Shown: piece after piece, positions 39,477-53,490 of the stretch
Position numbering within the stretch: position 1 is the first letter of the stretch
Layout of the letters: each line of letters begins with the position of its first letter
Origin: Eledone cirrhosa
Lineage: Eukaryota
Reading direction: 5' to 3'
Assembly: GCA_964016885.1 (NCBI GenBank)
Contig: OZ024762.1
Coordinates: 1,116,001 to 1,180,000, forward strand
Length of the DNA: 64,000 bases
The notes under the pieces: generated by a model
Seen by the model: the letters and a program-made list of their open reading frames with translations, nothing else
Told to the model about the DNA's origin: nothing
Databases searched by the model: none
Translations under genes and position numbers: made by a program

Positions 39477-40367
39477 CATATGTATATACACACATACATT
39501 TGTATACATTCATATATGCAGTCACACATATTCATACACATACACACATACAGTCACACAATTTTGTCAGATTCATACACTCACACAATCACCATTTTGT
39601 CAGATTCATATTTATTCTCTTAAAGATTCTGATTTTAACCTAAAAGGATGCAAAAGAAAAGAATGTGATATTAAAACTATTTCATTTATTTTTTTATATT
39701 CTCTCCCAATTCCTTGGTAATAGTTGTCTTATATACACCATATACACCTGTCCTATATATACACACACTCTAGAATTCTGTGTATATAAGACATTTGTTC
39801 GTCCCCTAAACATCTGTTTTGTCACTTTTGTTTTCTCTCCATCTTGTTTTCATGTCTATCTCTTAAAAAATAGTTGATACCTTATTCAATGTGTTCCTCC
39901 TTGGAGTTTGATTTGAGAGAGATTTAACTGCTTTTTCTAGCAGGTTGATTAACTGCAGAGGCTTCATCATTGGTGTGTAAGTGTGTGCTATAGCAGGTTT
40001 ACAAGTAGTGTTGCATACTTTCCAATATAAGATTTTGGTGCCTTAGAATTTAGAGCAAACATGGGGCAACCTTTTTTTTTTTTTCAAGCAGTTAGCTGCA
40101 TAAGATATGGCTCATCATAAGCTGGGTCGTCTTCTATTTATTCCTGGTAGTGTCATGGGAGCAAAGTCCTCAAACTCACCCTCCAGCGGGTCCTGTCATG
40201 CAACCATTTCCAACTGATCCAGCTGGATCCCCAACCATCTTGCTCTGGGTCTCCTACCTGTTGATTTTGCCCCTAAAATCTGTCCAGCGATTCATTTTCC
40301 TGAAACATTCTAACTACATGTCCGTAACATTGGAAGTGAACCACACTACTAAAAAAAGGGGGATTTC

Positions 40368-41275
40368 ATTAGACATGTCATTCAGAAAGCCACATGTGCT
40401 GTAGTTCCTCCATGACTACCATTAGACATGCCATTCAGAAAGCCACATGTGCTGTAGTTCCTCCATGACTACCATTAGACATGTCATTCAGATAGCTACA
40501 TGAGATGTAGTTCCTCCATGACTGCCATTAGACAAGTCATTCAGAAAGCCACACGTGCTGTAGTTCCTCCATGACTACCGTTAGACATGCCATTCAGAAA
40601 GCCACACGTGCTGTAGTTCCTCCATGAGTTTCTCCATGACTACCATTAGACATGCCATTCAGAAAGCCACACGTGCTGTAGTTCCTCCATGAGTTTCTCC
40701 ATGACTACCATTAGACATGCCATTCAGAAAGCCACACGTGCTGTAGTTCCTCCATGACTACCATTAGACATGCCATTCAGAAAGCCACATGTGCTGTAGT
40801 TCCTCCATGACTACCATTAGACATGCCATTCAGAAAGCCACATGAGCTGTAGTTCCTCCATGACTACCATTAGACATGCCATTCAGAAAGCCACACGTGC
40901 TGTAGTTCCTCCATGAGTTTCTCCATGACTACCATTAGACATGCCATTCAGAAAGCCACACGTGCTGTAGTTCCTCCATGACTACCATTAGACATGCCAT
41001 TCAGAAAGCCACATGTGCTGTAGTTCCTCCATGACTACCATTAGACATGCCATTCAGAAAGCCACATGTGCTGTAGTTCCTCCATGACTACCATTAGACA
41101 TGCCATTCAGAAAGCCACACGTGCTGTAGTTCCTCCATGAGTTTCTCCATGACTACCATTAGACATGCCATTCAGAAAGCCACACGTGCTGTAGTTCCTC
41201 CATGAGTTTCTCCATGACTACCATTAGACATGTCATTCAGATAGCCACATGAGCTGTAGTTCCTCCATGACTGCT
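40368..41275. repeat. 53-bp minisatellite with 65-bp variant units (about 16 copies)
   Basis: ccattagacatgccattcagaaagccacacgtgctgtagttcctccatgacta; some units carry an extra gtttctccatga. Confidence 0.95.
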
Positions 41276-43639
41276 TTAGCGCTTAATTTATTGGTTATGT
41301 CTCCTGGCATCAAGGAAGCTGGAAAATGTTTAGGTTCTAAGGAGCCCTTTAATGTAAAATAGTGACCATACTGTGTCATCATTGCTGGTTGTTTAGGTTC
41401 TAAGGGGCCTCAATTTAAAATGGCGGCAGTGGTGTGTCATCTTTGTTAGTTGTTTAGGTTGTAAGGGGCCTCAATTTAAAATGGTGGCAGTGCTGTGTCA
41501 TTACTGGTTGTTTAATATGATTATTATTGTGTATGGTACTCGGGTGGGACCCCTTATTCTAGAATGGTGTCAGATCTACTTGTTCTGTTTACAGAACTGT
41601 CTATAGAGAAATTGTGACATTTTCCAGCAAAAGAGGAGGGACAAGAGTTGGTAGTGTGTTGGACAACAAAGCTTTGTAGGATTTGTTCTGGTTCTTTACG
41701 TTGTTGAGGTCAACTTTGTCTTTCATCCTAACCCACCCCCCCCAGGGGTTGTTAAAATAAAGTACCAGTTAAGTACTGGGGTGGGGGTCAATGTAACCAA
41801 TTTTTTCTCCTTGTTCCTTAACCTTCTGGGCGCTGGAGGCGACTTGTTACCGATTGAGTAATCTCCCCTTTAACACATCAGTGTCAAGAGAAGTAATTCA
41901 TAAAAACAATTCAGTGTGCTGAAGATTAAGTCACGAGAGTGGAGGTAACAGAACCTTGTCTGATTTGCTCTGTGGATGTTACTGGTATGTGTGTCTTAGA
42001 TAGTTTACTCACATTCTCGGCTGTCATTTTATTCGCCCCCACCCCTCCACCCCATCATTGTATATCTTCTCTTCTATCTGAACAGTATTTAGTTCTCAGT
42101 TTATCAAATGGTATATACATATGTGTGTATATACTTATAACAAGTATATAACACATGTGTATTTACAATTGATATCTTTTCATGGTGTCCTGTTAAAATA
42201 AACTATACAAGAAAAAAAAAAACAACAAAAAAAAATATCAACTTATTTTATATAAACTCTGAATATAATATTAGTTTTATGGACCCAGTTTATATGGTTC
42301 GTTTTATAGTTATAATAAAAAAGGATATCACACATTATTGTATCCGATATCATCACTACAAAAAAAAACTAAGTGTTTATTTCTTGTTCGACACATTTTT
42401 TTCTATTTTCTGCTTGTGTGGTCATTACAGGTATTATTAGTGTGTCTGTGTGTGGTCATTACAAATATATCCGTTCAGATATTGGTAGTGATGCTGGTGG
42501 TCAGTGTACTATATACACACATATATATATATTAAATCTAAATTTAATTCCAAAGAGAAGAAATCAGAACATTTTTCTCTGAGAAGGGAAGTTTAAGTCC
42601 AAAATATTAGGACAAAAAAAAAAAAAACAGATTACCAGGTAACTTTTTCATTACCTCCATCTTACTGTCAACAACCAAAACAAATATGAAGTACACCAAA
42701 TCCAATGCTCCTAAGGGCGGCCCTGGTTCTTCTTATTTGCGAGTGTAAACTTGGCCAGATTAAGATTCGATCTTACTGTCCATTTTACGTTGTTTAGCCG
42801 TATATCATTATATATACACACACACACACATTGTCCAGGTAAACATCATTGCGGTAGTGGTGCTGTTGGTCTTTATATACTCTTATATTGTCATCATTGT
42901 TGCTAGTGTATATAGATGGCATCATCATCATGTGAGGTTAGTCTTCACAACCTGACTATCTAGAGCCACCAACCTCTAGGATGATCCAGAGGCTTACATA
43001 CTCTCATGGACTGACCAAATGAGGATTGGTCGAGTAGTTCGTTTTTCAACGTAGTCCGCGGGAAAGAGAGAATGCAGTTATTAATACATGCAAGATTTCA
43101 CATCTCTAGCATCACTCTTACATAAGCAGACCAAGATACTCTCATGCAATGATCAAATGAGGTTTATATTTCAACATAGTCCCTGGAAAGAAACAATGCA
43201 GTTATTGATAAGAGTTGAAATTAGTACATGCATGATTTCACAGCTCTAGCATCTCAACCGAGATCCATGTGTATATATGAGGGTAGGCTGACCAAGATAC
43301 TCTCATGGAATGATCAAATTTTATTTTTCAACAACATAGTCACCAGAAAGAAACAATGCAGTTATTAATAAGAGTTGAAATTAACGCAAGCAAGATTTCA
43401 CAGCTCTAGCACCACTCCATTTTCAGCTGACCCTCGTAGTACAAAAAAGGAAACCATCCATCAAAACAAGAGTAAAAGGTAATTTAAAATCCATATTTTT
43501 TCATTTTTAAATATTTCACAATGACAAAGAAAAACAATGTTTTAAAATTTATTTACATATATTGGAACAAACTGCTGCAGTGAGATGGAACTGCAGGACA
43601 ATGATCTTTATAAACATTTACAAGATTGTTTTTCTTTAA

Positions 43640-43827
43640 CCCTTTAGCATTTAAATTGGCCGTAGATGACCAGAATTCTGTTCTGACCAACCGTAACAAG
43701 CCATAACTTGCTACTCATACTGATGTTAAAGTATTGGTATCAAAATCTCAGATTCGATATTATGTGAGATAAAGCCTTTACCACAAAAATACAATACTAT
43801 ATATAGAGTAATGTAAATGCTAAAGGG
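43640..43827. mobile_element. Unexpanded piggyBac-like MITE of about 190 bp (other copies 51169-51376, 51875-52063, partial at 35840 and 48070)
   Basis: TTAA on both sides, and terminal inverted repeats CCCTTTAGCATTTA / TAAATGCTAAAGGG. Confidence 0.85.
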
Positions 43828-44475
43828 TTAAATAAAGCATTTTGTATGCTGGTGTTGTGTTACACAGTTCTGCAGACTGATAGGGTGTGTGAGTGTGTAC
43901 ACCAACACACGTACAACAAAAACAATTGTCATAGTAATAATGATATAGAACATAGATTGCAGTGTCTATATATGTATTGGTGAGTGCATATGTACGTATA
44001 TATATATATATTAAAGAGGTAGAACTCCATTAGTGAACACTGCTGTTTGAATTTGTTCTCAAGCTTTTTAAAGCCCCTTTCATTTCAACACGCTTCGAAA
44101 ATGCTTGTGAGGGCAAGTTCACTTGACAGGGCTCACCATCAGAATTCTAATTCTTCAGTATACCCTCTCTGCATTTCATCGAATACTACCCTGAATTGTG
44201 GTCTTTGCACGCATGTGCAGTTTTGTTTCTATGTGCACTTTCATAAATGTAGAAAATTTTACAAGTTCCAACATAAGGTGAGAATTTAGGAAGATTTGCA
44301 GAGATGGTTCAACAAAAAATGCTACTCTGTAAAAACGGTTGAATCAGCGGCAGTTTCATCATGTGTGGGAGAACGCACCAATTTAACTTGATCACAGTTC
44401 CTTAATTCTTTCAGTTTGCTTTTGGTTGTGTCTCTCCTCTTACTTTGGTTCGTCAAGAAATGAAATCACAAAGTC

Positions 44476-46826
44476 TCAAATACTGTCTTCTATTGATCTG
44501 AACTCCTCGGTGAGTTTCTGCTGATTGCGGAGATACTCTGAGTAAAGATTCCTTGCTTGGTGAAGTACTTTGTGAACATTTTGTTTGCGAGTTAGTCTTT
44601 GGAAATACATGTCAATTTCTTCACACTCCAGCTTCTTGTTGATAATGAAGTCTCGGTGCTGGAGGAGAATGGTGAGACAGAGAAACATTAGAAAAGGGTT
44701 ACCAGCACCGAAATCCTCAGGTGGAGGCAGTTTCTGGGACCGATCCAATGTCCCATTATCACTTACGGGAGTAGTAGCAGCACTAGTAGTAGTTGTATTA
44801 TTAGCAGTGGTGGTGGTAGAGGTATGGTTTGTTGGAGAAGCAGGATCAGAAATGGTGGCATTTATACCACTGGAACCATTTACATCAGCGGGTTGGGGGG
44901 GTGAGCTGGTGTCGAGGGAAGAATGGGTTGAGACAGAGTCCGTTGCCGGGGGAACGAAAGGAGGGGAAGACAATGAGGACGATGATGTTGAAATGTTGGA
45001 AGGGCGCAACGGAAGTGGAGGTATGTCTGGATGTTGTGGTGATTGCAAGGGACAGGGGACCCCAGAAAGGGTGTGAGACGCGTCACCGCTGGCGGGGGAC
45101 TCACTTGGGGTCACCATCTGTGATGAAGCCACTGACGAGGAGGAGGAAGTAGAGTCAGTGTGTACCTTTTGTAGTTGTAATGTTGGTGGCGGGGGTAGTG
45201 TTAGTGGTAAGGGGGGGTGGTTATTTGTAGATGGACTTCTAACTGTTGGTCTCAAGTTTGGACACTGTTGGTCATGTGATGTCGGGGTGACACTCTGACC
45301 ATCAGTGGCATCAACATAGTTATTATCATCAGCTTGACCTTTATCACAGTTTGGTGAAGTAAGAGTGACCATCGGTTTGGTCAGATTTAGGGTCAACTGA
45401 GCTGGTTTAGGCTTCACTTTTGTTTTAGTTTTTACAGTTCCTGTAATTGGAGATTGGGGTGAAGTACATGGCTCAGTGGTTTTTCTTCTCTCTACAGTCT
45501 CCAGAGACAAATGGAACTGGGTGTCTTCATACAAACCACTTTCTTTCATTGCTTCTGTCTCTGTTTTGCAACACGTATTCACGTTTAACTTGGCTTTAAC
45601 CAAGCTCGGAGAACTTGCAAACGCAAACACAGAATCGTCCTCTTTTTCACAAGTTTGCAGCTGAGGAGGTGGAGAGCTGCACAACGATTTATCGATGCTT
45701 GAAGACCGAGCCTGCATCATCTTGGCAGTGGCGTCTTCCATAGCTGGGAAATCTCCACCAGAGTAGCTTTCTTCCATAGGCGACACATCATGGTGGTTAA
45801 TCTGGATGTTGATACAGTTGGAAGATTTCTTCATTCCATTCAGTCTTACGTTTGAGTCTGTTCCACTCGTCTTGTTGGAATCATGGCTATTCGAATGCGT
45901 CGCGTTCCGAGCTTTGGCAGCATCTTTTAAGCGAAGTGCAAGGAAATTAGCGTACATACTCTGAGGAAAATTAAGAGTCGGTGATGCTGGTGAAGAGGAA
46001 ATTAAACTAGGGGAGTAGTGAGGGTCAGTTAGTTGAAGTTCAAAAGGTGGGGGGTCTGGCGGTAAGGTACTCCACATCACCTCCAGCATATAGAGGGCAT
46101 CGTCTAAGGGAAATTCACGCTTCAACTCGAGAAGAAGCCATCGGAAGCAGAAAAGATGGTTTGGACTGCTTTCACAGAGGTAAGCGTAGAATTCAGGATC
46201 ATAAAGTTGAAGAAGCAGAGACAAATGTTGCAGCTTTATCTGCATTGCTTGCCCGCTCGGATGAAAGTTTATCTTCATGTGTTTCATCAAGCCACAGAAA
46301 CAAAGATATGCATAAGATTCGTCTTTCTGAACGACAAGTAACGGTGAGGCTAAATCACTCATACCTTGGCAGTAGGAAACGTCGGGATGTGTCACAGCGT
46401 AGGTTACTAATATGTGAATTAATGACAGAATATTGTTGCTCTCGTCAGACCCTGCATAAAACTTATAAGTCCTGTCTGTCCTTAATACGTCCTTTTTCAC
46501 CACTGAAATGATGTTTTTGATCTCATCGGAGGCCGTGTCTGTCTCTAAATGTGCCTTCCATTGTTTCCGCACCTTGTAGTATTCCTGCTCCTTTCGTTTC
46601 AAGTAGTCGTATCGCTCCTTCCCCGACATGTTATCAGGGAAAATATTTAGAAGATGTCTCCAGACAACCTTACGCAGCGATGGTTCAATTCCTCCTTGGT
46701 AGATACTCAACCGAAGTTCCTGGGGTCGGATTAGGTGTCCATTACCGTCTAGGTAGTTATGAAATTCCATATCAGTCATTGCTGGTTTTAATGCTTTCAC
46801 AGAATTGTCTTCATAAGATTTAAGAC
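44476..46826 (-). CDS. TBC1D25: TBC1 domain family member 25 (Rab-GAP), coding exon 5 (terminal)
   Basis: KPAMTDMEFHNYLDGNGHLIRPQELRLSIYQGGIEPSLRKVVWRHLL; KDVLRTDR (R finger); YCQGMSDL (Q finger); FCFRWLLLELKREF; PPPEDFGAGNPFLMFLC. Phase-1 acceptor ttttctctatttcag|GT. Confidence 0.93.
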
Positions 46827-47535
46827 CTGAAATAGAGAAAATATAGACATTATATATATATATAATGAAGCAAGCATGCTCCATTGGATGTGCGTGAACG
46901 ACCAAGCATAGACGAGTTGAGAGAGAAATGGTATGGACATGTGATGCGCATGGAGGATGACTTGAGTAAAGAAGTGCCAAGAAATCCTAGTGGAAGGAAG
47001 ACCATGAAAAACATGGGCGGAGGTGGTGAGTGCAGACCTCAGATCGCTGAAACTCACGGTGGAGATGACAAGTGGAGAGATGCTGTGCTGAATAGGACCC
47101 GTCCCACCCTTGCAAGCAGGGAAAAGCGGACGTAAAATGATGATGATATCATATATATATATATATTTGTATGTGTTGGCAAGCATGGAACAGCAGACAT
47201 CTGATGACGATATGTTTTTAAGCAATACTGACAATACTTTATATTTGCTCACCAAGGGATTAAAATTTGATTCACTATATTGTAAAAACACTTGATCGAC
47301 AAGATCCCAGACCTCATTTGCAGAGTGTGGTGGAGCTCGTCAAATCGGACCGAGGAGCCAATGTTTCTATTGGTCGCAACTCCAGGCAGCAGGAGCAATG
47401 TGAAATAAAGTGTCTTGCTCAAGGACATAATGCATTGCCCAGTCTGGAAATCAAAATCACAACCTCACGATTGCTAATCCAATTCTCTAACCACTCAGCT
47501 ACAATATAGTACACCCCTAAATAATGAATACATAC

Positions 47536-47688
47536 CCATAACTTTCTGGACCTGGGATAAAGTCTTCTCTACTTGGCTTGTGATGCTGCCTGTCAAGCTA
47601 CCAAGGAAAGAATTCTTTTCAAACATACTCGATGTCACCTTCAACTGAGGAATGTCCCCGGCTGTTATAATATCCCAGTCTTCCAGAC
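47536..47688 (-). CDS. TBC1D25: TBC1D25 coding exon 4 (LEDWDII LIR motif)
   Basis: tttcag|GT...ATG G|gtatgt, phase 1/1; GLEDWDIITAG...SQVEKTLSQVQKVM. Confidence 0.9.
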
Positions 47689-48263
47689 CTGAAACAAAAC
47701 CCAAACAAAAACATTTAAATTTTTATTCTCTTAACCTCTTCAGTGCCGTAGACGAGATAACTCGTCCTAACACGTTTGAACTCTTTTCCAACAGTTCATA
47801 ACTTCAAAGTTATGAACTCGTTTCCAACTAAAAAGCAGTCGAACAAGTTAGACAGAAAAGGCCCTAGAGAGAGAAAAAGTAGATTTAAACAAACATACTT
47901 TTAATCCTTTCCCGACTGCATTTCTAATGAAATACACTATTTTAATTAATTAATGGAGAATTTTGAAAGGTTTACTAAAATTATTATTTCATTACTGAGA
48001 TAGAAACTTAATGTTAGGTTCTTATATAAAATTATGTTGGAAGATTTTAATTTAAATTGGAAACCTTTAATCCTTTACATTACTCTATATATACTATTGT
48101 ATTTTCACAATAAAGCCTTTACTGTGAAAATATAATAGTATATATAGTGTAAAGTAAATGTTAAAAATCCAATTCATCCATCTTGAATATAGTTTATTTT
48201 TTGTGTCCACAAGCTATTGATTTATTGGTTTCTGCTTAAAGAGAAGAAATGATTGCCACAAAC

Positions 48264-48412
48264 CTTCCTCGAATGGTTTTAAGTCGACTTTCAGCTTGAG
48301 ATATGGTTCTGAAGCACACTGGCAGGCAGCATCCATATCCCAGTCAGACAACATACTGAGGTAAATCTCCTGGCCATCAGAGGCTTTGGCCAAGTAGCTT
48401 GTAGAAAAGTCA
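48264..48412 (-). CDS. TBC1D25: TBC1D25 coding exon 3
   Basis: ttgcag|T...G|gtttgt, phase 2/1; GQEIYLSMLSDWDMDAA...PYLKLKVDLKPFEE. Confidence 0.9.
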
Positions 48413-51026
48413 CTGCAAAGGAACAAATAGAAAAATGTACATCATAATGACCATGTATTCATTTTGTATTTCTGCCTAAGTAATGAAAAACAAAACTTAC
48501 CATAATAATAATTGTTTCTACTATTGGCACAAGGCCAGCAATTATCCAGTGTATTACTGGTACTTTATTTTATCAACCCCGTAAGGATGAAAGGCAAAGT
48601 TAACCTCGGCGGGATTTGAACTCAGAATGGCAAGGGCCGTAACTCTATCCTGCAAAGCATGGCATCCGACCCTCTACCGATACTGCCAAAATGTACAAAT
48701 GTCAGGAAAGTGAACAGTGTATGAGTGATGATATACACACAGACACACACATGCATGCATATATATGGAGGGGGAATATCAGGTGTAGTGTTGGCGAATT
48801 TCTGGTGGTTTTAAAGGATGCAGTGTCCCAACAGCTAACAACTGTAAATTTTTGTTCTTCAAATATTGCCTCCATTTTCACAACTAGACATAGAAGTTAA
48901 ACACTAAATAAAAAATATTGACTCCATTTTAACACCTAAACATGAAGAAGGGAGATTATTAAATAAAAAATAAATAAAAACATACCTGTAAACATTATAA
49001 TAATTGTTTAATGAAAATGATTGTGTACAGTGCTCAGGTGCACTACAACTCATCAAAGGTGCATGTATAGTGCATAAAATAATGTACAAATGTCAGAAAA
49101 GGGAAGAGTGTATGTAATTATGTAATTACTCATTTTATAAAATATCTGCTTGTGAAAATTTGGTTCTTAAATGCTTTTATAAAAAGAAAATTATCTAAGA
49201 ATGCTTCACCAAGGTATAAAGTTCATAGGCTGACTAAGATGGAGTGATGCTAGAGCTATGAAATCTTGCAAATATCAATTTCAATTCTTATTAATAACAG
49301 CATTTTTTAGGGACTATGTTGAAAAACAAACATTTGGTCATTCCATGGAGTGATGCTAGAGCTGTGAAATCTTGCCAACATCAATTTCAATTCTTATTAG
49401 TAAGCTTTTTTTCTGTTTATATTTCTGCTGTCAATCGGAATCAGTGAAAGTTAGTAACTTTTGTTAACACGACAACAGTGTTGTGTTAGCGTCACACCAA
49501 TGTATTGATGTCTTGAATTTAGCAAACTACTACATCATACAAACACAACAACAGCGACAACAGCAACAACACCAACTGGATGAAATATAAAACAAAAACG
49601 AGAGAAAGAAACTAAAAAAAACTATAACTACAATGAAAAAGAAAACAATGGAATAATGTGAATGACTTATTTTGTTGTCTTTTCCACATTCAACGAAATC
49701 TATTTAACCTGGAACTATAAATATACAACAAACTATAAATATATTTAAATACAAACAATGTCACATTTAGTCACAATTGGGTGTAATTCCAATTATGTTT
49801 GTATGTGAGTGTGTGTGTGTATGCGTGTGTGTGTAGATTATAGCTGCGTAAAGAAATGCAGAGAATCTCCATGGCTGGGACCCTTGGAAGATAACAACTG
49901 CTTGAAGAAATACAGAGAAACTCCAGTGGTTGGGACCCTTGTAAAAGGGAGACCCAGGAATACATGGGATGAGGTTTGAAGACTGACCTTAAAAAACTAA
50001 ACCTCACAACAGAAATGACAAAAGACCACAATGCTGGCCCTATACAGAGCTAAAGAAGACCCGACCTGTAGGTTACAATGTGGCCTAACCTACCCCCTAG
50101 CATTCACTAACAGCTATTTTCAACATCACTATACAAAACTCCACTGCTCCCCCGCACACATTCTTAACAGCTGCTCCCCTGTGAAGTTGTTGGTGATGGG
50201 AAGGGCATCCAGCCTAGGAGCGCTTGCCAAACAAAGGGTTGGGAAGACCTTTCAATCATGTCTAGGACATGACACCCTCCCCCTCTAGTGTTGGTGATCT
50301 ACATGATAAATGCACCCAGTACATGCTGTAAAGTGGTTGGTGTTAGGTAGGGCATCCAGCTGTAGAAAATCTGCCAAACAAAAAGTTGGGAGGACTGTCA
50401 GTTGTTTCATAGATATGACAACCTCTCCTGTGCACTTGGTGGAACGTTGAACATACATAAGCAAGACACAGATTCCTGGCCTCTCTGGAAGATCAGTGGC
50501 TCTGCTTCAGTACTGATCTCCCATAGACCATATACTGGTCTATGAAGACCCATCAAACCTTTGCTTGCAAGGAAGCAGACGTTATAACAACGATGATGAT
50601 GATAGATTGGAGATTCCTGATCTATATCAAGAGATGACCACAGTTAAAACGGTACTCAATGTATTAGTTGAGTATAGGCATCTTTCCTGATGATTTCAGG
50701 CAAAACCAACCGGGGGATAGACCTCCGAGTAAGATGGTTGGATAACATCCATAAGCTTGGCTGGTCTCACTCGGAGGAGGATCCAGCTGGATCATTTGGT
50801 GATGGTTGCTGCTGACAGGATCCGTGGAACCCTGCCCCCACGACCCTGTCCAGAATAAGAGGGCGAAGAAGAACTTCAGTTGTTGAGAGAAGTTCCTCCA
50901 CACATATACACCCAGGATCAGTTGAAGACGGTTGCTTCTGACAGGACCTGCTGGGAGGAGTGTCTGAGGGACTCTGTCCCCACGACCCTCTCGGGAACAA
51001 GTGGGCGAAGAAAAGAAGTTACTTAC

Positions 51027-51136
51027 CTTTTTATATTAAATGCTTTAGCCAAAATTCCTTGTAACATTTCAAAGGATGTTATTTGTGGATCAATGGAGAA
51101 CTTCTTGTACTCTGGTTGTACAAGGCCATCACATTT
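51027..51136 (-). CDS. TBC1D25: TBC1D25 coding exon 2
   Basis: ttttccag|AAA...AG|gtaagt, phase 0/2; KCDGLVQPEYKKFSIDPQITSFEMLQGILAKAFNIK. Confidence 0.9.
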
Positions 51137-53114
51137 CTGGAAAACAAACATTTCAACATGTTATTTAACCATTTAGCATTTACATTACTCTATATATACT
51201 ATTGTATTTTCACAGTAAAGGCTTTACCTCACATAATATCATATCTATGAGGTTTTGATATTATTTATTTTGAGAACAACACCTTAACATCAGTATGAGC
51301 AGTCGGTTACAGCCGGTTTGAACAGAATGAGGTAAGATAATTCTGGCCAGATGCGGCCAGTTTAAATACTAAATGGTTAACTGTGTAACAGCTTATAAAA
51401 GTTACATACGATAAACTCTAATAACCTCATTCTCTTCTCAGAATCAATAAGAATGTCACAAGAAATACCTGATAACAATTTAGTGTTTATTCAATTTTTA
51501 TATCGATTAAATCCTGCAGAGTTATGGCTTGGCTATTAACGTTATAAAATGTTTCTAGAGTTTAAACTAACATTAATAACCAGTGTGTATAGTGTAGTGT
51601 ATATATTGTGTATATATTGTGTATAGATAGTGTATATATTGTGTATAGATAGGGTATAGATATAGTGTATATATTGTATATAGATATTTAGATAGTGTAT
51701 ATATTGTGTATAGATATTATAGTGGATATATAGGGTATATATATTATAGTGGATATATAGTGTGTATAGATATAGTGCATATATTGTGTATAGATATTAT
51801 ATTGTATATAGATATTTACAATATATTAGATGTGGTAATACTAAACACCATATACTATATTTACAATGTGTTAACCCCTTAGCATTTACATTACTCTATA
51901 TATACTATTGTATTTTTGTGGGAAAGGCTCACATAATATATCTACAAGATTTTGATGTTATTTATTTTGGGAATAATACCTTAATGTCTGTATGAACGGC
52001 CAGTTTGAACAGAAAGAGGGGAGAGAATTCTGGCCGGATATGGCAGGTTTAAATGCTAAAGGGTTAAATATGATATCTCTTAACACCATATATTATATTT
52101 ACAATATATTAAAAATGGTATCTCTATACACTATATACTATATTTACAATATGGTAAACGTGGTATCTCTAAACACCACTTCATCCAGTGTTTTCTGACA
52201 CAACCTTATGTGTAGAAAGTATCATGTAGTATCAATTCATAGAATGAATTTCTTTCCTGATAAAAACTGTTTCACTGCTATCAGTGTGAAATTATATTTT
52301 CTGAATAAACAATTATTGAGGAAAACATTGGTTTGTTTAGCTGTTGGACATTAGCCAATACTGCTTCTGATGTGAGTATATTTATTAAATATATATATAT
52401 AATATTTAATATATTATATATACCAGTATGGTTTCTGATGTCAGTGTACTTATTAAATATATATACTTATATATATAGCATTTAATATATCGTGTATACT
52501 TATTATATATATATAGCATTTAATATATCGTGTATACTTATTATATATATATAGCATTTAATATATTGTATATACTTATTATATATACCAATATATCTGA
52601 TGAGTGTACTTATTAAATATGTATAAGGCATTTAATATATTGTATATACCAATACCCAGTCACTAACAACTCTACCACCACCCCAGCCCTAACATCTCTA
52701 CCACCACCCCAGCCCTAATTAACAGCTAACTCCACCCCTCATCACAACTGAACCACACATTCTATATAAACAATGTGACACAAGGGTAAAAAATAGAAAT
52801 TAAGAAACATTTTAAAAAAGGTCATTTTGTGAAACAATTATCAATCAAAGTATTTACTGACAGATGTCCTTTTAGTAAGATATATTAATTTCTGACTTAG
52901 ACTGAAGTGTGGGTTGGGGAGACGTCAGGGAGAGGGTGGGGGTGTCGTGGAACAGAATCGAGATTTTGTGACATGACTTTTCCAAAGGCAACACTGATGT
53001 CATCCTCATCACTGTGGCCCCTAAACCCTTTTTTTCAGGGTCATCGGAACACACTGCAGTGTTGTTGAATGCTGCTCCAATTGCCTCCATAGGAGTTTCT
53101 GACAGTAATGTCTA

Positions 53115-53490
53115 CCATGGAGGAGGTGAGACAGTTTCTGATAAAGTTACCTTGGTGTAGGTGGTGCCAGATGTACAATAACATGTGGAGGTGAGACAGG
53201 TGTACCAAAGTTACCTTGGTGTAGGTGGTGCCAGATGTACAATAACATGTGGAGGAGGTGAGACAGGTGTACCAAAGTTACCTTGGTGTAGGTGGTGCCA
53301 GATGTACAATAACATGTGGAGGAGGTGAGACAGGTGTACCAAAGTTACCTTGGTGTAGGTGGTGCCAGATGTACAATAACATGTGGAGGAGGTGAGACAG
53401 GTGTACCAAAGTTACCTTGGTGTAGGTGGTGCCAGATGTACAATAACATGTGGAGGAGGTGAGACAGGTGTACCAAAGTTACCTTGGTGT
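53115..53490. repeat. 67-bp tandem repeat (about 5.5 copies) in TBC1D25 intron
   Basis: ggaggtgagacaggtgtaccaaagttaccttggtgtaggtggtgccagatgtacaataacatgtgga repeats at a 67-nt spacing (53345, 53412, 53479). Confidence 0.92.

Noticed and set aside
40368-41275. CRISPR-like look of regular repeats (also 53115-53490)
   Set aside because: Units are contiguous with no unique spacers, no cas genes are present, and the context is eukaryotic.
44585-46823. Plus-strand ORFs overlapping TBC1D25 and minus-strand ORFs overlapping the DUF3504 exon
   Set aside because: They are antisense shadows of real coding sequence with no recognisable motifs.
46827-46980. N-terminal 51 aa of the 834-aa ORF
   Set aside because: Intronic (LINE remnant, TA repeat and polypyrimidine tract). 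The real N-terminus comes from four upstream exons.
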